Source: a virus
DNA: 64,000 nt
IMG/VR virus record: IMGVR_UViG_3300032240_001151
Coordinates: 1-64,000 of that record
Strand: one strand, 5' to 3'
Position numbers and translations under genes: made by a program
Notes under the pieces: model-generated
What the model was told of the DNA's origin: nothing
The model's database searches: none
Seen by the model: only the letters and a program-made list of their open reading frames with translations
Shown here: positions 40,260 to 50,314 of the stretch, piece by piece
Layout of the letters: each line of letters opens with the position of its first letter
Numbering within the stretch: the first letter of the stretch is position 1

Positions 40260-41392
40260 GAATACTATTTGTTGTAACAGGGAACGCCTCAAGAAGTAAT
40301 TATGTAACTGGTCATAAGATGAGGTATGACAAAGCAGGGTTATCCGGAACTGATACCTCAAGTATACTCGTCGCAGAGTATTTAGCAAAGCAAGGTCATG
40401 AAGTTGTCATGGCAGTAGAAGAGTCAGATGATCATCTAAAAGAAGATAGACGCAAAAGAGGATATACGTTTAATCCAGGAAAAGAGATTGTAAATGGAGT
40501 AACCTATACATACATACCTAGTTTAGAAGGTATAGAAGATACTGAGTTTGACATACTAATAAATTCATTATGGTTTGGTGAATATGATAGTTTGAATGCA
40601 AAAATAAAAAAAGGAATTTTTTATTGGTGTCATTTATCATGGGGATACTATACGGCAGAGTTAAAAGACTATGCAATTAAACATAATTTAAAAGTTGGGT
40701 ATGTTAATATATCAAAATGGGCTAGAGAACACCATTTAGAAAACATAAAATACTTAGAAGAAAATCTACCAACTGTATACGAAACAGTAATACCTAATCC
40801 AATGACACTAGATGTAATGAAAGAAGTGTTGGATAAGAAATTAGAAAGAAAGCATAAAAAAGTAATATTTCCAGCCCAGTGGTCTAGAGGTGGTGATGTA
40901 GCTTTAAAAGCTGTAAAAGAATTAGGATGGGATGAAAATTTTGTAGCATTTGACTATGTTAATTTACAAAATGGAATAGATAAAGAAACTTTATTTACTG
41001 AACTTGCTACTAGCGATTATTTTATATTTCCACAATATACTCCAAATGAACATGTGTATAAAGATGTACACTCCTGCGCAATGGGTGAGGCATTAGGTAT
41101 GGGAGTAGTGGTAGTATCATATCCTTTAGGATCTCACGAAGAGTACTATGGGAGTTATTATTATAAGCTAGATTTTCCTCCGGATATAGATATGGAAAAA
41201 ATGATGAGGGAGAGGGTTACACATGAGCCAAAGATGGATTACATAGATAATATTGTAGAAAAAGTAAAACAGATAGAAGAAGACCTAGAAACAAAAGAAA
41301 GTATGAGAGATAAAAGTATTTCTTATATTTTTGAAAACTTTGACATAAATAAAATAGGCCCAATGTGGATTAATTTTATAAATAAATTTTAA
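40256..41392 (+). CDS. GT-B (GT4-like) glycosyltransferase
   Basis: LSGTDTS...AEYLAKQGHEV; C-terminal EALGMG. Confidence 0.65.
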   Translation: MRILFVVTGNASRSNYVTGHKMRYDKAGLSGTDTSSILVAEYLAKQGHEVVMAVEESDDHLKEDRRKRGYTFNPGKEIVNGVTYTYIPSLEGIEDTEFDILINSLWFGEYDSLNAKIKKGIFYWCHLSWGYYTAELKDYAIKHNLKVGYVNISKWAREHHLENIKYLEENLPTVYETVIPNPMTLDVMKEVLDKKLERKHKKVIFPAQWSRGGDVALKAVKELGWDENFVAFDYVNLQNGIDKETLFTELATSDYFIFPQYTPNEHVYKDVHSCAMGEALGMGVVVVSYPLGSHEEYYGSYYYKLDFPPDIDMEKMMRERVTHEPKMDYIDNIVEKVKQIEEDLETKESMRDKSISYIFENFDINKIGPMWINFINKF

Positions 41393-41396
41393 AAAT

Positions 41397-42083
41397 ATGA
41401 ATCCTTTTGATTTTTTTGATAAAATATTCTACATAAATTTAGAAGAAAGAACAGATAGAAAAGACCACATTGAGAAAGAACTGTCTAATTATGATATAAA
41501 AGCAGAGAGATTTCCAGCTATAACCTTATCTCCAGAACAAAATGAAAGTATTAGGCAAGACGGATGTTTTTTTAGAAATGACGAAAGACCTGAGCATGCC
41601 AGGTTTACTAAATCTTGCACTCTGTCCCATCTTAGTGTAGTATTTAGAGCAAAATTGATGGGATATAAAAATGTTTTAATTTTTGAAGATGATGCAATGT
41701 TTCATAATACTATTGTAGATGAGTTATCAAAAACAATAGAAGATTTAAAAACAATGGAAAGATGGGATATGTTTTATATAGGATGTAATCCATTAAGATA
41801 CCAAAAAGTAACCAATAACTTAGGAAGGTCATTAGGCGCATTATCAGCACATGCCTATGCAGTAAATAACCATTTTTATGATAAAATACTAAACATACCA
41901 TTTAAACACTTACCATCAACTGATTTGTACTATCATGATCTAGCGCTATCCCCACAAAATAATATATACATGGCTATTAAAAATTTGGCATGGCAAATGC
42001 CTAGCTATTCTACTTTAGAAGAAATGGCAGTAGACTATTATCCATCAATACAAGCTAGATACGATAATAACATGGTAATATAA
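41397..42083 (+). CDS. GT25 glycosyltransferase
   Basis: YINLEERTDR...CTLSH...IFEDDA...HAYAV. Confidence 0.8.
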   Translation: MNPFDFFDKIFYINLEERTDRKDHIEKELSNYDIKAERFPAITLSPEQNESIRQDGCFFRNDERPEHARFTKSCTLSHLSVVFRAKLMGYKNVLIFEDDAMFHNTIVDELSKTIEDLKTMERWDMFYIGCNPLRYQKVTNNLGRSLGALSAHAYAVNNHFYDKILNIPFKHLPSTDLYYHDLALSPQNNIYMAIKNLAWQMPSYSTLEEMAVDYYPSIQARYDNNMVI

Positions 42084-42085
42084 TT

Positions 42086-42859
42086 ATGAAAGTTACTTTT
42101 AGTAAACTTGGTATATATGGACAATTAGGAAATCAAATGTTCCAATATGCCCTTTTATTAGGGATAAAGCATAAACTAAAAGTACCTATAGTAATAGATC
42201 CAGAAACAGTAAAAACTTCTTATTTATTTGAATTTTTTAATTTAGAAGAGTACATAGAAGAAACATTTAAACCAGATAATTTTTATAAAGAAGTTGAATT
42301 TTCATATAATAAAGAAGTTTTTGATATAAAAGAGGACACAGATTTTGAAGGATATTACCAGACAGATAAGTACTTTAAACATTGTTCCGATATAGTAAGA
42401 AAGGAGTTTACTTTTAAAGAAAATGTAGTAAAAGAGGTAAAACAGTATTTAGATAAATTAGAAGGTAAAAAATTAGTATCCCTACATGTTAGAAGAGGTA
42501 GTTATCTTGGAAATACAGAATTTCATCCATTGTGCAAAATAGATTATTATAACAAAGCTATGGATTTATTAGACGATGGAAATACTGTTTTTGTATGTAC
42601 ATCTGATGATAAAGATTGGTGTGAAAAAAATTTAAATAGGAGTAATATACTATTTAACTTTAACAGTTTGATTTATGATATGTGCTTAATATCTAATTGT
42701 CATGATCATATAATAGCAAATAGTAGTTTTAGTTGGTGGGGATCTTGGCTATCTGATAATCCGGATAAAAAGATAATAGCTCCAAAAACATGGTTTGGAC
42801 CAGCAGCAAAGCATCTTGATACAAAAGATATATATTGCAATAATTTTATAAAAATATAG
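42086..42859 (+). CDS. GT11 alpha-1,2-fucosyltransferase-like
   Basis: GQLGNQMFQYA, HVRRG, IIANSSFSWWG. Confidence 0.9.
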   Translation: MKVTFSKLGIYGQLGNQMFQYALLLGIKHKLKVPIVIDPETVKTSYLFEFFNLEEYIEETFKPDNFYKEVEFSYNKEVFDIKEDTDFEGYYQTDKYFKHCSDIVRKEFTFKENVVKEVKQYLDKLEGKKLVSLHVRRGSYLGNTEFHPLCKIDYYNKAMDLLDDGNTVFVCTSDDKDWCEKNLNRSNILFNFNSLIYDMCLISNCHDHIIANSSFSWWGSWLSDNPDKKIIAPKTWFGPAAKHLDTKDIYCNNFIKI

Positions 42860-42860
42860 A

Positions 42861-43469
42861 ATGTTAATAACAGATTTAAAAAAGCATTTTAAAAAACCTC
42901 TTAAAGGGGCTGTACATATAGGAGCATTTCATGGAGAAGAAAAAGAGTGGTATACCGAAAATGGGATAAACCCTATTGTATGGGTAGAAGCTAATCCAAA
43001 TTATGAAAATATTTTAAAAGAAAGATATCCAGAAGATATAGTAATAATATCAGGAGTTGGAAACGAAAATAAAATTGCTACTTTTAATGTAGCAAATAAT
43101 GGACAATCTTCTTCTTTTTTGAAAATGGGAACCCATTTAGAACAACACCCAAGCGTATTTTTTGTAGACACTATTGATGTTGAAATAAAACCAATGAAGC
43201 AAATTATACAAGAAAATAATATAGATATTAGTAAGTATAATTTTTTAAATGTTGATGTACAGGGTTATGAATTAGAAGTACTAAAAGGCTTTGAAGATAT
43301 TTTGAACAGCATGGATTACGTTTACTTGGAAGTAAACACTAATTATCTGTATTTAGAGTGTGCCTTAATAGAAGATATAGATCAGTATTTACAAAAGTAT
43401 GATCTAAAGAGAGTAGAAACTCTTATTACCCCTAATGAGTGGGGTGATGCTTTATATATAAAAAAATAA
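42861..43469 (+). CDS. FkbM-family methyltransferase
   Basis: HIGA..GEE, VEANP, DVQGYELEVLKG. Confidence 0.85.
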   Translation: MLITDLKKHFKKPLKGAVHIGAFHGEEKEWYTENGINPIVWVEANPNYENILKERYPEDIVIISGVGNENKIATFNVANNGQSSSFLKMGTHLEQHPSVFFVDTIDVEIKPMKQIIQENNIDISKYNFLNVDVQGYELEVLKGFEDILNSMDYVYLEVNTNYLYLECALIEDIDQYLQKYDLKRVETLITPNEWGDALYIKK

Positions 43470-43470
43470 T

Positions 43471-44562
43471 ATGTACGATTATCTAATAGTAGGATCTGGT
43501 TTATATGGGTCTGTTTTTGCAAGAGAAATGACGGATAAGGGATATAAATGCCTTGTAATAGATAAACGTAATCATATAGGAGGAAACTGCTACACAGAAA
43601 ATATAGATGGTATAAATGTACATAAATACGGACCTCACATATTTCACACATCAGATAAAAAGATATGGGATTATGTGAATAGATTCGCTACGTTTAATAA
43701 CTTTAGCTATAGGCCAAAAGTAAACTATAAAGGGAAGGTTTATTCTTTTCCTATAAATTTGATGACTCTATATCAAGTTTATGGGGTAACAACTCCGGAT
43801 GAAGCTATTAGAAAATTAGAAGATGTAAAAGTTGATATACAAAACCCAAGTAATTTAGAAGAGTGGATTCTATCACAAGTAGGTCCTGAAATATACAATA
43901 TATTCATAAAAGGATATACTAAGAAGCAATGGAAGAAAGATCCAAAAGAACTACCTACAAGTATTATAAGGAGGCTACCCATAAGAATGTCTTTTGATGA
44001 CAATTACTACGAAGACACGTATTCAGGCATCCCAATAGGAGGATACACACAAATATTTGAAAAGTTACTAAAAGGCATAGAAGTGCGCTTAGATACTGAT
44101 TATTTTTATAATAGAGATTATTTTAACGATATTGCTAAAAAAGTAGTATATACAGGCCCCATAGATAGATTTTATTCATATATGCATGGAAAATTAGACT
44201 ATAGGAGTCTTAGATTTGAAACTATGAATATTAACATGCCTGATTATCAAGGGGTTGCAGGTATGAATTATACTGATGAGGATGTTCCTTTTACTAGAAT
44301 AGTTGAGCATAAGCATTTTGATTTTGGAAAACAAAAAAATACAATAGTAACTTTTGAATATCCAGAATCAAAAGGAGAGCCTTATTATCCCATAAATGAT
44401 GATAAAAACAACTCTATATATAGAAAGTACAAAGAAATGATGGACAAAGAGTCTGTATATATCTTTGGAGGTAGGCTGACGGACTATAAATATTATGATA
44501 TGCACCAAGTTATAGGATCTGCACTAACTAAAAGTCAGAAAGAAAATATTTATAATATATGA
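43471..44562 (+). CDS. glf: UDP-galactopyranose mutase
   Basis: IVGSGLYG, HIGGNCY, HKYGPHIFHT, EPYYP, GGRL..YKYYDMHQ. Confidence 0.93.
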   Translation: MYDYLIVGSGLYGSVFAREMTDKGYKCLVIDKRNHIGGNCYTENIDGINVHKYGPHIFHTSDKKIWDYVNRFATFNNFSYRPKVNYKGKVYSFPINLMTLYQVYGVTTPDEAIRKLEDVKVDIQNPSNLEEWILSQVGPEIYNIFIKGYTKKQWKKDPKELPTSIIRRLPIRMSFDDNYYEDTYSGIPIGGYTQIFEKLLKGIEVRLDTDYFYNRDYFNDIAKKVVYTGPIDRFYSYMHGKLDYRSLRFETMNINMPDYQGVAGMNYTDEDVPFTRIVEHKHFDFGKQKNTIVTFEYPESKGEPYYPINDDKNNSIYRKYKEMMDKESVYIFGGRLTDYKYYDMHQVIGSALTKSQKENIYNI

Positions 44563-45347
44563 ATACCTATCAAGTTTTTATTTCTGGGGATGCTGGAGGT
44601 CCGTTTGATATATACTACGACAGTGTATCAGTCGGAACTCAATTAGATACTGGCGTATCTAGAAGTAGTCTTTTGGCAGGGTATAATGTAAGTGGAATAC
44701 CGGATTCAGCAAGCAGCATAATAGTATTTAATACAGATCCTGGGTGTAACAATTATGTTACATATTATATAAAACCGCCAACACCAGCTCCTACTGTAAC
44801 ACCTACACCAACTCCTACACCAACTATAGTAGTGGATTGTTCAATGTCTGGAGGGTCTATAATACAAGCAACACCAACTCCAACCCCAAGCCCAACTGCT
44901 ACTTCTGTAGTAACAGCAACGCCAACAGCAACACCTAGTGCGACGCCTACAAGAACACCAACTCCAACACCTACAACTACTACTAATACTGTGACTGTGT
45001 ACTTAAAAGGAAGGTATGCAACTGCATCCCCTCCAGATTTAGATTTGTTTTATAGAATAGATGGAGGTCCTGAGTGGAGCCTATATACAGGGTCACCATT
45101 TGCATTAACTACTACAGCAACAGTGGTAACTCCTGGATTAGCTGTACCGGCAGGATTATCAGTAGAGTTTGCAGCCGTAGCCGCACATTCTGATAATGAT
45201 GCAGTATTTCATGGAGGATCTGCTGATGGGTATGTATATGGAGGTAGATGTGGAACAAATCTGCCTTATATAATAACTCCAACAACAGCTACATCTTGCT
45301 ACATAAATGTAGATGTAACAGTGGGAGGCGTAATAGAGATATGTTAA
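44559..45347 (+). CDS. Pro/Thr-rich structural protein
   Basis: GPF...VSRSSLLAGY N-domain plus PT tracts; ATATTTAT at 44546. Confidence 0.75.
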   Translation: MNTYQVFISGDAGGPFDIYYDSVSVGTQLDTGVSRSSLLAGYNVSGIPDSASSIIVFNTDPGCNNYVTYYIKPPTPAPTVTPTPTPTPTIVVDCSMSGGSIIQATPTPTPSPTATSVVTATPTATPSATPTRTPTPTPTTTTNTVTVYLKGRYATASPPDLDLFYRIDGGPEWSLYTGSPFALTTTATVVTPGLAVPAGLSVEFAAVAAHSDNDAVFHGGSADGYVYGGRCGTNLPYIITPTTATSCYINVDVTVGGVIEIC

Positions 45348-45366
45348 AAATAAATAGAAAGGTCTT

Positions 45367-46407
45367 ATGGCAACAAAATCAGTAACAGTAACAATAGCTA
45401 GTATAGGAGCTTCTGCAGGCCCTTTTAATATATCTGATGATGTATTAGGAGTAGTAGCAATGAATGTTAGCAGATCACAACTATTAGCAGGGTATAGTGT
45501 AAATATATCTACCAGTGCTTCTGTTATTACTGTAACTTCTATCGGAACTTGTAGTACTTCGTTAAACATATACTTAGCAACTCCTACACCAACTCCAACA
45601 CCAACAATAACTGCAACTCCTACTGTAACTCCAACTCCAACTCAAAATCCTATATATTTTGATAGTAACTTTACAAATACTAGCAATAATTGTGGAAGTG
45701 GAGGTAGAATATGGTCTAGATTGATAGCCCCAGCAGGAACTACTGTAGAAGTAACGTTAACTTCTCAGCAATTTATAACAAGTGTAAACTCAGTAAGTGC
45801 GTCTATTTCTGGTACACTATACTTAACAACACTGCCTTCAGCAAATCCAACACCAGGAACAGTATTAACATCATCATATGCTAGTGTTAGTTATACAGAT
45901 ATACCTACGGTGTTAACAAATACACAAGTTACAACTCAAACAATTCCAGCAGCTGGGTATGTAGATGTTATGTTAATACATAGAACTCAAAATATAGCAT
46001 CTAACTATTCAAACGGTCAATCAACTGCTACAATAACAAAAGTAAACGGAGTATCTGTAAGCAATGGTGGAAGCCTTACAACAGGCTACAATTGTTCTGA
46101 CACTACTTATTATGAGTATATGATATCTCCTGTTGGGTATTCAAATTGCGGAGATGCGTGCGATTCCACTGTCTCAGTAACAACATCAGTGTATGCAACA
46201 GTATCATCAGAAGCTTTATTAACTGCGCAATATCTATATACTAGATCTGGTACAACATATACTTTATGGACTGGAGGAGATGGGCTATATCACCGAATAA
46301 CTAAGGTAGGTAACATGGGTTATGGATATTCTTGCGTTGTGATTCCTACAGGAAGAGTAGTATCAGTCAATGCATGTACTAGTGTAAGTCCTGGTACTTG
46401 TGCTTAA
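45367..46407 (+). CDS. Pro/Thr-rich structural protein, paralog of 44559
   Basis: GPF...VSRSQLLAGY N-domain plus PT tract. Confidence 0.75.
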   Translation: MATKSVTVTIASIGASAGPFNISDDVLGVVAMNVSRSQLLAGYSVNISTSASVITVTSIGTCSTSLNIYLATPTPTPTPTITATPTVTPTPTQNPIYFDSNFTNTSNNCGSGGRIWSRLIAPAGTTVEVTLTSQQFITSVNSVSASISGTLYLTTLPSANPTPGTVLTSSYASVSYTDIPTVLTNTQVTTQTIPAAGYVDVMLIHRTQNIASNYSNGQSTATITKVNGVSVSNGGSLTTGYNCSDTTYYEYMISPVGYSNCGDACDSTVSVTTSVYATVSSEALLTAQYLYTRSGTTYTLWTGGDGLYHRITKVGNMGYGYSCVVIPTGRVVSVNACTSVSPGTCA

Positions 46408-46419
46408 TAACATAATAAT

Positions 46420-46719
46420 ATGATACAATATCAAGATTTTAAACTTAATTTTACAAATAATCACATGATTATAGAGCGTACTATAAAATGTACTATCAAA
46501 GATCATGAAATGAATTATAGCTATAATCCGTCATTACTTACATCCGGCAGTCAAGAAAACATGTTAGAATTTGCATCTGGATCTGATTTTATGCCATATG
46601 CAAGTACAATAGGTTTTTACAATGATGCTAATGATTTATTAATGGTAGCTAAATTCGCTCAACCGGTACCAATATCTCCAAGTACAGATACAAATTTCTT
46701 AATAAGAATGGATATTTAA
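46420..46719 (+). CDS. tail-collar-like C-terminal domain protein
   Basis: NYSYNPS...STIGFYNDANDLLMVAKFAQP, similar to the C-terminus of 35029..36057. Confidence 0.75.
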   Translation: MIQYQDFKLNFTNNHMIIERTIKCTIKDHEMNYSYNPSLLTSGSQENMLEFASGSDFMPYASTIGFYNDANDLLMVAKFAQPVPISPSTDTNFLIRMDI

Positions 46720-46720
46720 T

Positions 46721-47155
46721 ATGTGGTTTTACAAAGGACAAGTTATAACAGACATCACACAATTCCCAGAAAATGCATACGGTTTTATATATAAGATAAA
46801 AAAGGTAGATGGTGAAAAATTTTATATAGGACGAAAGAATCTAATATCAGAACGTAGCAAACCTCTTACAAAAAAAGAATTATTAGAACATACTGGTAAA
46901 GGGAAAAAACCAACTAAAAAGAAAGTAGTATCTGAAAGCGATTGGAAGACCTATTACGGCTCTAATGCTACGCTTAAGGCAGATATAAAGGAGTTAGGTA
47001 AAGAGGCTTTTATCAGGGAGATATTGCACATATGTACCCATAAAAAACAGATGACATACCAAGAATTGAGGCATCAGATCATAAATGGGTGTTTAGAGTC
47101 TACAAACTGCTATGTTGATAACATTCTCGGTAAGTTTTGGAGAAAAGATATTTAG
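46721..47155 (+). CDS. GIY-YIG endonuclease
   Basis: YGFIYKI...FYIGRK...YYGS. Confidence 0.75.
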   Translation: MWFYKGQVITDITQFPENAYGFIYKIKKVDGEKFYIGRKNLISERSKPLTKKELLEHTGKGKKPTKKKVVSESDWKTYYGSNATLKADIKELGKEAFIREILHICTHKKQMTYQELRHQIINGCLESTNCYVDNILGKFWRKDI

Positions 47156-47170
47156 TTGTATCTTTGATGG

Positions 47171-48112
47171 ATGGAGAACATCCTTTCAGGTCTCATAGAT
47201 CAAGTTTTAGGGTATGGTGAAAAAGCCACCAAGACCAACAGAAAATACCATTGTCCTTTTCCTGATTGTCCTACTCATGGTACATCTAAGAGAAAACTTG
47301 AGATAGACATTGTTACTGACTCTGAGGGCAATAATAGATGGGCGTGTTGGGTATGCGGAAATAAAGGACGTACTATAAGATCTTTATTTAGAAAGATAGG
47401 AGCTACATCTAGTCAGCTGAGAGATCTATCCACAATAATAGTAAGAACAGATAGGGAAGATCAGGATACCGCAGAGTTTGATGGAGTTTTGCCAGTTGAG
47501 TACAAGTTTCTATTAGATGTTAAGAAGAGTGATATTCTTGCTAAACATGCAATGTTATATCTCAAGAAAAGGGGAGTTACCGAACAAGATATTATCAAGT
47601 ACCAAATGGGGTATTGTGAAGAAGGTCCATATGCAGAAAGGATTATAATGCCATCCTTTGACTCCTCTGGTAAGATAAACTTCTTTGTAGGTAGATCGTT
47701 TGACCCAGAAGTAAGATTAAAGTATAAATACCCCCAGGCTTCAAGGGATATTATCCCATTTGAGATGTATATTAATTGGAACGTACCTGTTGTTTTGTGT
47801 GAGGGAGGGTTTGATATGTTGGCTATTAAAAGAAACGCTATACCACTGCTAGGAAAGTCTATAACTCCAAAGCTTATGAAAAAGCTAGTAGAATCTAAAA
47901 TACAAAAAGTATACGTAGCTTTGGACAAAGACGCCATAGCCATGGCTTTAAAACATTGTGAGACCTTAATGTCTTTAGGTAAAAAGGTATTTCTTGTAGA
48001 AATGGAAGATAAGGATCCCTCTTCTATGGGATTTGACGCATTTCTGTCTCTAATTCAACAGGTAGAACCCTTGACTTTTAATAAATTATTAAAATATAAA
48101 ATGCTACTATAA
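47171..48112 (+). CDS. DNA primase (Zn-binding + TOPRIM)
   Basis: CPF..C..H...CWVC; CEGGFD; ALDKDA; KDP. Confidence 0.88.
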   Translation: MENILSGLIDQVLGYGEKATKTNRKYHCPFPDCPTHGTSKRKLEIDIVTDSEGNNRWACWVCGNKGRTIRSLFRKIGATSSQLRDLSTIIVRTDREDQDTAEFDGVLPVEYKFLLDVKKSDILAKHAMLYLKKRGVTEQDIIKYQMGYCEEGPYAERIIMPSFDSSGKINFFVGRSFDPEVRLKYKYPQASRDIIPFEMYINWNVPVVLCEGGFDMLAIKRNAIPLLGKSITPKLMKKLVESKIQKVYVALDKDAIAMALKHCETLMSLGKKVFLVEMEDKDPSSMGFDAFLSLIQQVEPLTFNKLLKYKMLL

Positions 48113-48660
48113 TGGAAAATAAGACAAATTTTTTGATACAACTAGATGAAACTCAGTACCAAACCCCAGATTTAACCAAGAAAGGAGTAGCTAAGGCAGC
48201 TACAAACATATATACAGCTGTTATGGATGGTAATATGTCTGCTGTAGACATTGCTGTAATGTTAAAGTTTGTGGAAGAGACTGGAAAAAGTCTAAAAGAA
48301 CTATCAGACGATAATGGTAAGAATACTTTTGTAGATCTGGTAAGAGATGAGATAGAGAGAAATTCAGATGATGGAAAGACATTTAATACCAAACATGGGG
48401 TTAAATTTGAATTATATGAGGCGGCTACCAAATTTGACTATGAGTCTTGTGGAGACCCTATCTGGAATAAGCTTAGTAAGGAATTAGAGCTTATTAAGGC
48501 TAAAATGAAAGAAAGGGAATCGTTTTTAAAGAGTCTAAAAGGTACTACAAATATGAATATCATAGACCCAGACACCTCTGAATTCCATGAAAACGTAGAG
48601 TTATACCCTCCAGCTAAGTCTTCTACATCCACGTATAAACAGACTATGATTAACGGATAA
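48112..48660 (+). CDS. hypothetical protein
   Basis: Coupled to primase. Confidence 0.7.
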   Translation: MENKTNFLIQLDETQYQTPDLTKKGVAKAATNIYTAVMDGNMSAVDIAVMLKFVEETGKSLKELSDDNGKNTFVDLVRDEIERNSDDGKTFNTKHGVKFELYEAATKFDYESCGDPIWNKLSKELELIKAKMKERESFLKSLKGTTNMNIIDPDTSEFHENVELYPPAKSSTSTYKQTMING

Positions 48661-48690
48661 GTTCGATATTTATAATAGTATCGAATAAAT

Positions 48691-49320
48691 ATGCAAGAAC
48701 AACATCCGTGCTATTATCCTGGAGAATTCGCACCTCCAACTAAAATGCATTTAAATGCTTTGTATTGGCTTTTAAATAGGCCAGAGATTAGTCATGTCCA
48801 TGTGGTAATAGGAAAAGATAACGGTCTTATAAGTCAAGATCAAAAGGCTAAGATGTGGGAAATGTTGATGAAATCAAATTTTGCACCACAAGCTACTATA
48901 ATAAAGTCAAAAGATAAAGGACCTCTTAGTGAAGTCCATTCAATATTCGAAGAAAAAAGCGATAAACCAGCTTACCTAGCTTTAGATGAGAAATCTGCAA
49001 GGCATAAGGGTCTGCAAAAGAAGTTTTCTAAATTCCCTTATTATGGGATGCAACTTCTTCCTTCTCAATTTTATAAATCGTCAGCAGCTTTACATCAAGC
49101 TGCCATAGACGGAGATAATGGAGCTGCCAAAGCAGAATTACCAGACGACTTCTCTGATGAACAAATTAATGAGTACATGAAATTACTCAGTAAACCGTCT
49201 ATTTCAGATGAACCTGTAGAAGAAAAATCACCTCTGATTAATTATAAAGAAGAATACACTAAGAAGTTCAGTGATGGATTTTGGAAAAGTGTGTTTGAAC
49301 CAATAAACAAAGAAGATTAA
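48691..49320 (+). CDS. degenerate HIGH-type nucleotidyltransferase-like protein
   Basis: YPGEFAPPTKMH resembles G.F.P.H.GH. Confidence 0.5.
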   Translation: MQEQHPCYYPGEFAPPTKMHLNALYWLLNRPEISHVHVVIGKDNGLISQDQKAKMWEMLMKSNFAPQATIIKSKDKGPLSEVHSIFEEKSDKPAYLALDEKSARHKGLQKKFSKFPYYGMQLLPSQFYKSSAALHQAAIDGDNGAAKAELPDDFSDEQINEYMKLLSKPSISDEPVEEKSPLINYKEEYTKKFSDGFWKSVFEPINKED

Positions 49321-49322
49321 AA

Positions 49323-49685
49323 ATGGAACAGTTTGGATTATTTATCGGAACACTAATGCAGTCTAGAAATCAGGCGCACATCTATCATTTACAAACAAAG
49401 TCTTTTGCAGAACATAAAGCATTGCAAGAGTATTATGAAGGAATTATAGATCATATTGACGGTCTTGTTGAGACTTTTCAAGGAAGATATGGTATACTTT
49501 ATGGATACCAAATGGGAGGAACTATTAAAGAAGATGGAGGTACAATATTATATTTTCAAGCTCTTTGTAAATTTGTTGAAGGTATAAGATCTTCAATACC
49601 TCAAGATTCGTATCTTCAGAATCAAGTAGATGAAGTAGTAGCTCTTATAGAATCAACTAAATACAAATTAGTAAATCTTAAATAA
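49323..49685 (+). CDS. ferritin/Dps-like protein
   Basis: HIYHLQTKSFAEHKALQEYY...DGLVE.FQG. Confidence 0.7.
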   Translation: MEQFGLFIGTLMQSRNQAHIYHLQTKSFAEHKALQEYYEGIIDHIDGLVETFQGRYGILYGYQMGGTIKEDGGTILYFQALCKFVEGIRSSIPQDSYLQNQVDEVVALIESTKYKLVNLK

Positions 49686-50278
49686 TGAAACTAAGAGACA
49701 TATTCCTAGAAGCATTTGATGATTGTGGGTGTTCCGGAGAAAAACTTTCTGAAGGACTGCAGTATCACGTAGACAACGAAAGGCCTCTCACAGAGAATAT
49801 CTATAGGCCTTTTTCTAAAAAGTATTTTGATCTGTTTAAAGAAGCTCGTGAACTTTATAAAAAAGGTCTTTTAGTTATTACTGAAGAAGAGGAGAAATTA
49901 CTAGCTAATACAGATCTAGGAGAGTATGGATATTATAATGGAGTTAAAGTTCCGTTAGATTTCCCAATGAGCTTTGAACAAATTAATGAAATTAAGCACC
50001 AGGGGAAAGAAGTTCAATTAAATCACCCACATCGTGGAGGGGCTAAGAAATTTTACGTGTATGTAAGAAAACCAGGTGGAGGAATTAAAAAAGTATCTTT
50101 TGGGGATACCACAGGTTTAAAAGCTAAGATCAACGACCCTAAGGCCCGTAAATCTTTTGCAGCAAGACATAAATGTGCACAAGCTAAGGATAAAACCATG
50201 GCTAACTACTGGAGCTGCAGACTACCAAGATATGCCAAAATGTTAGGAATTAAGTCAAGTTTTACAGGATATTGGTAG
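49685..50278 (+). CDS. putative head-internal protein
   Basis: MKLRDIFLEA leader; KKVSFGD...ARKSFAARHKC...YWSC module. Confidence 0.75.
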   Translation: MKLRDIFLEAFDDCGCSGEKLSEGLQYHVDNERPLTENIYRPFSKKYFDLFKEARELYKKGLLVITEEEEKLLANTDLGEYGYYNGVKVPLDFPMSFEQINEIKHQGKEVQLNHPHRGGAKKFYVYVRKPGGGIKKVSFGDTTGLKAKINDPKARKSFAARHKCAQAKDKTMANYWSCRLPRYAKMLGIKSSFTGYW

Positions 50279-50314
50279 ATTTTAAAATATTTATATACAC
50301 AATTGTAAATAAAA

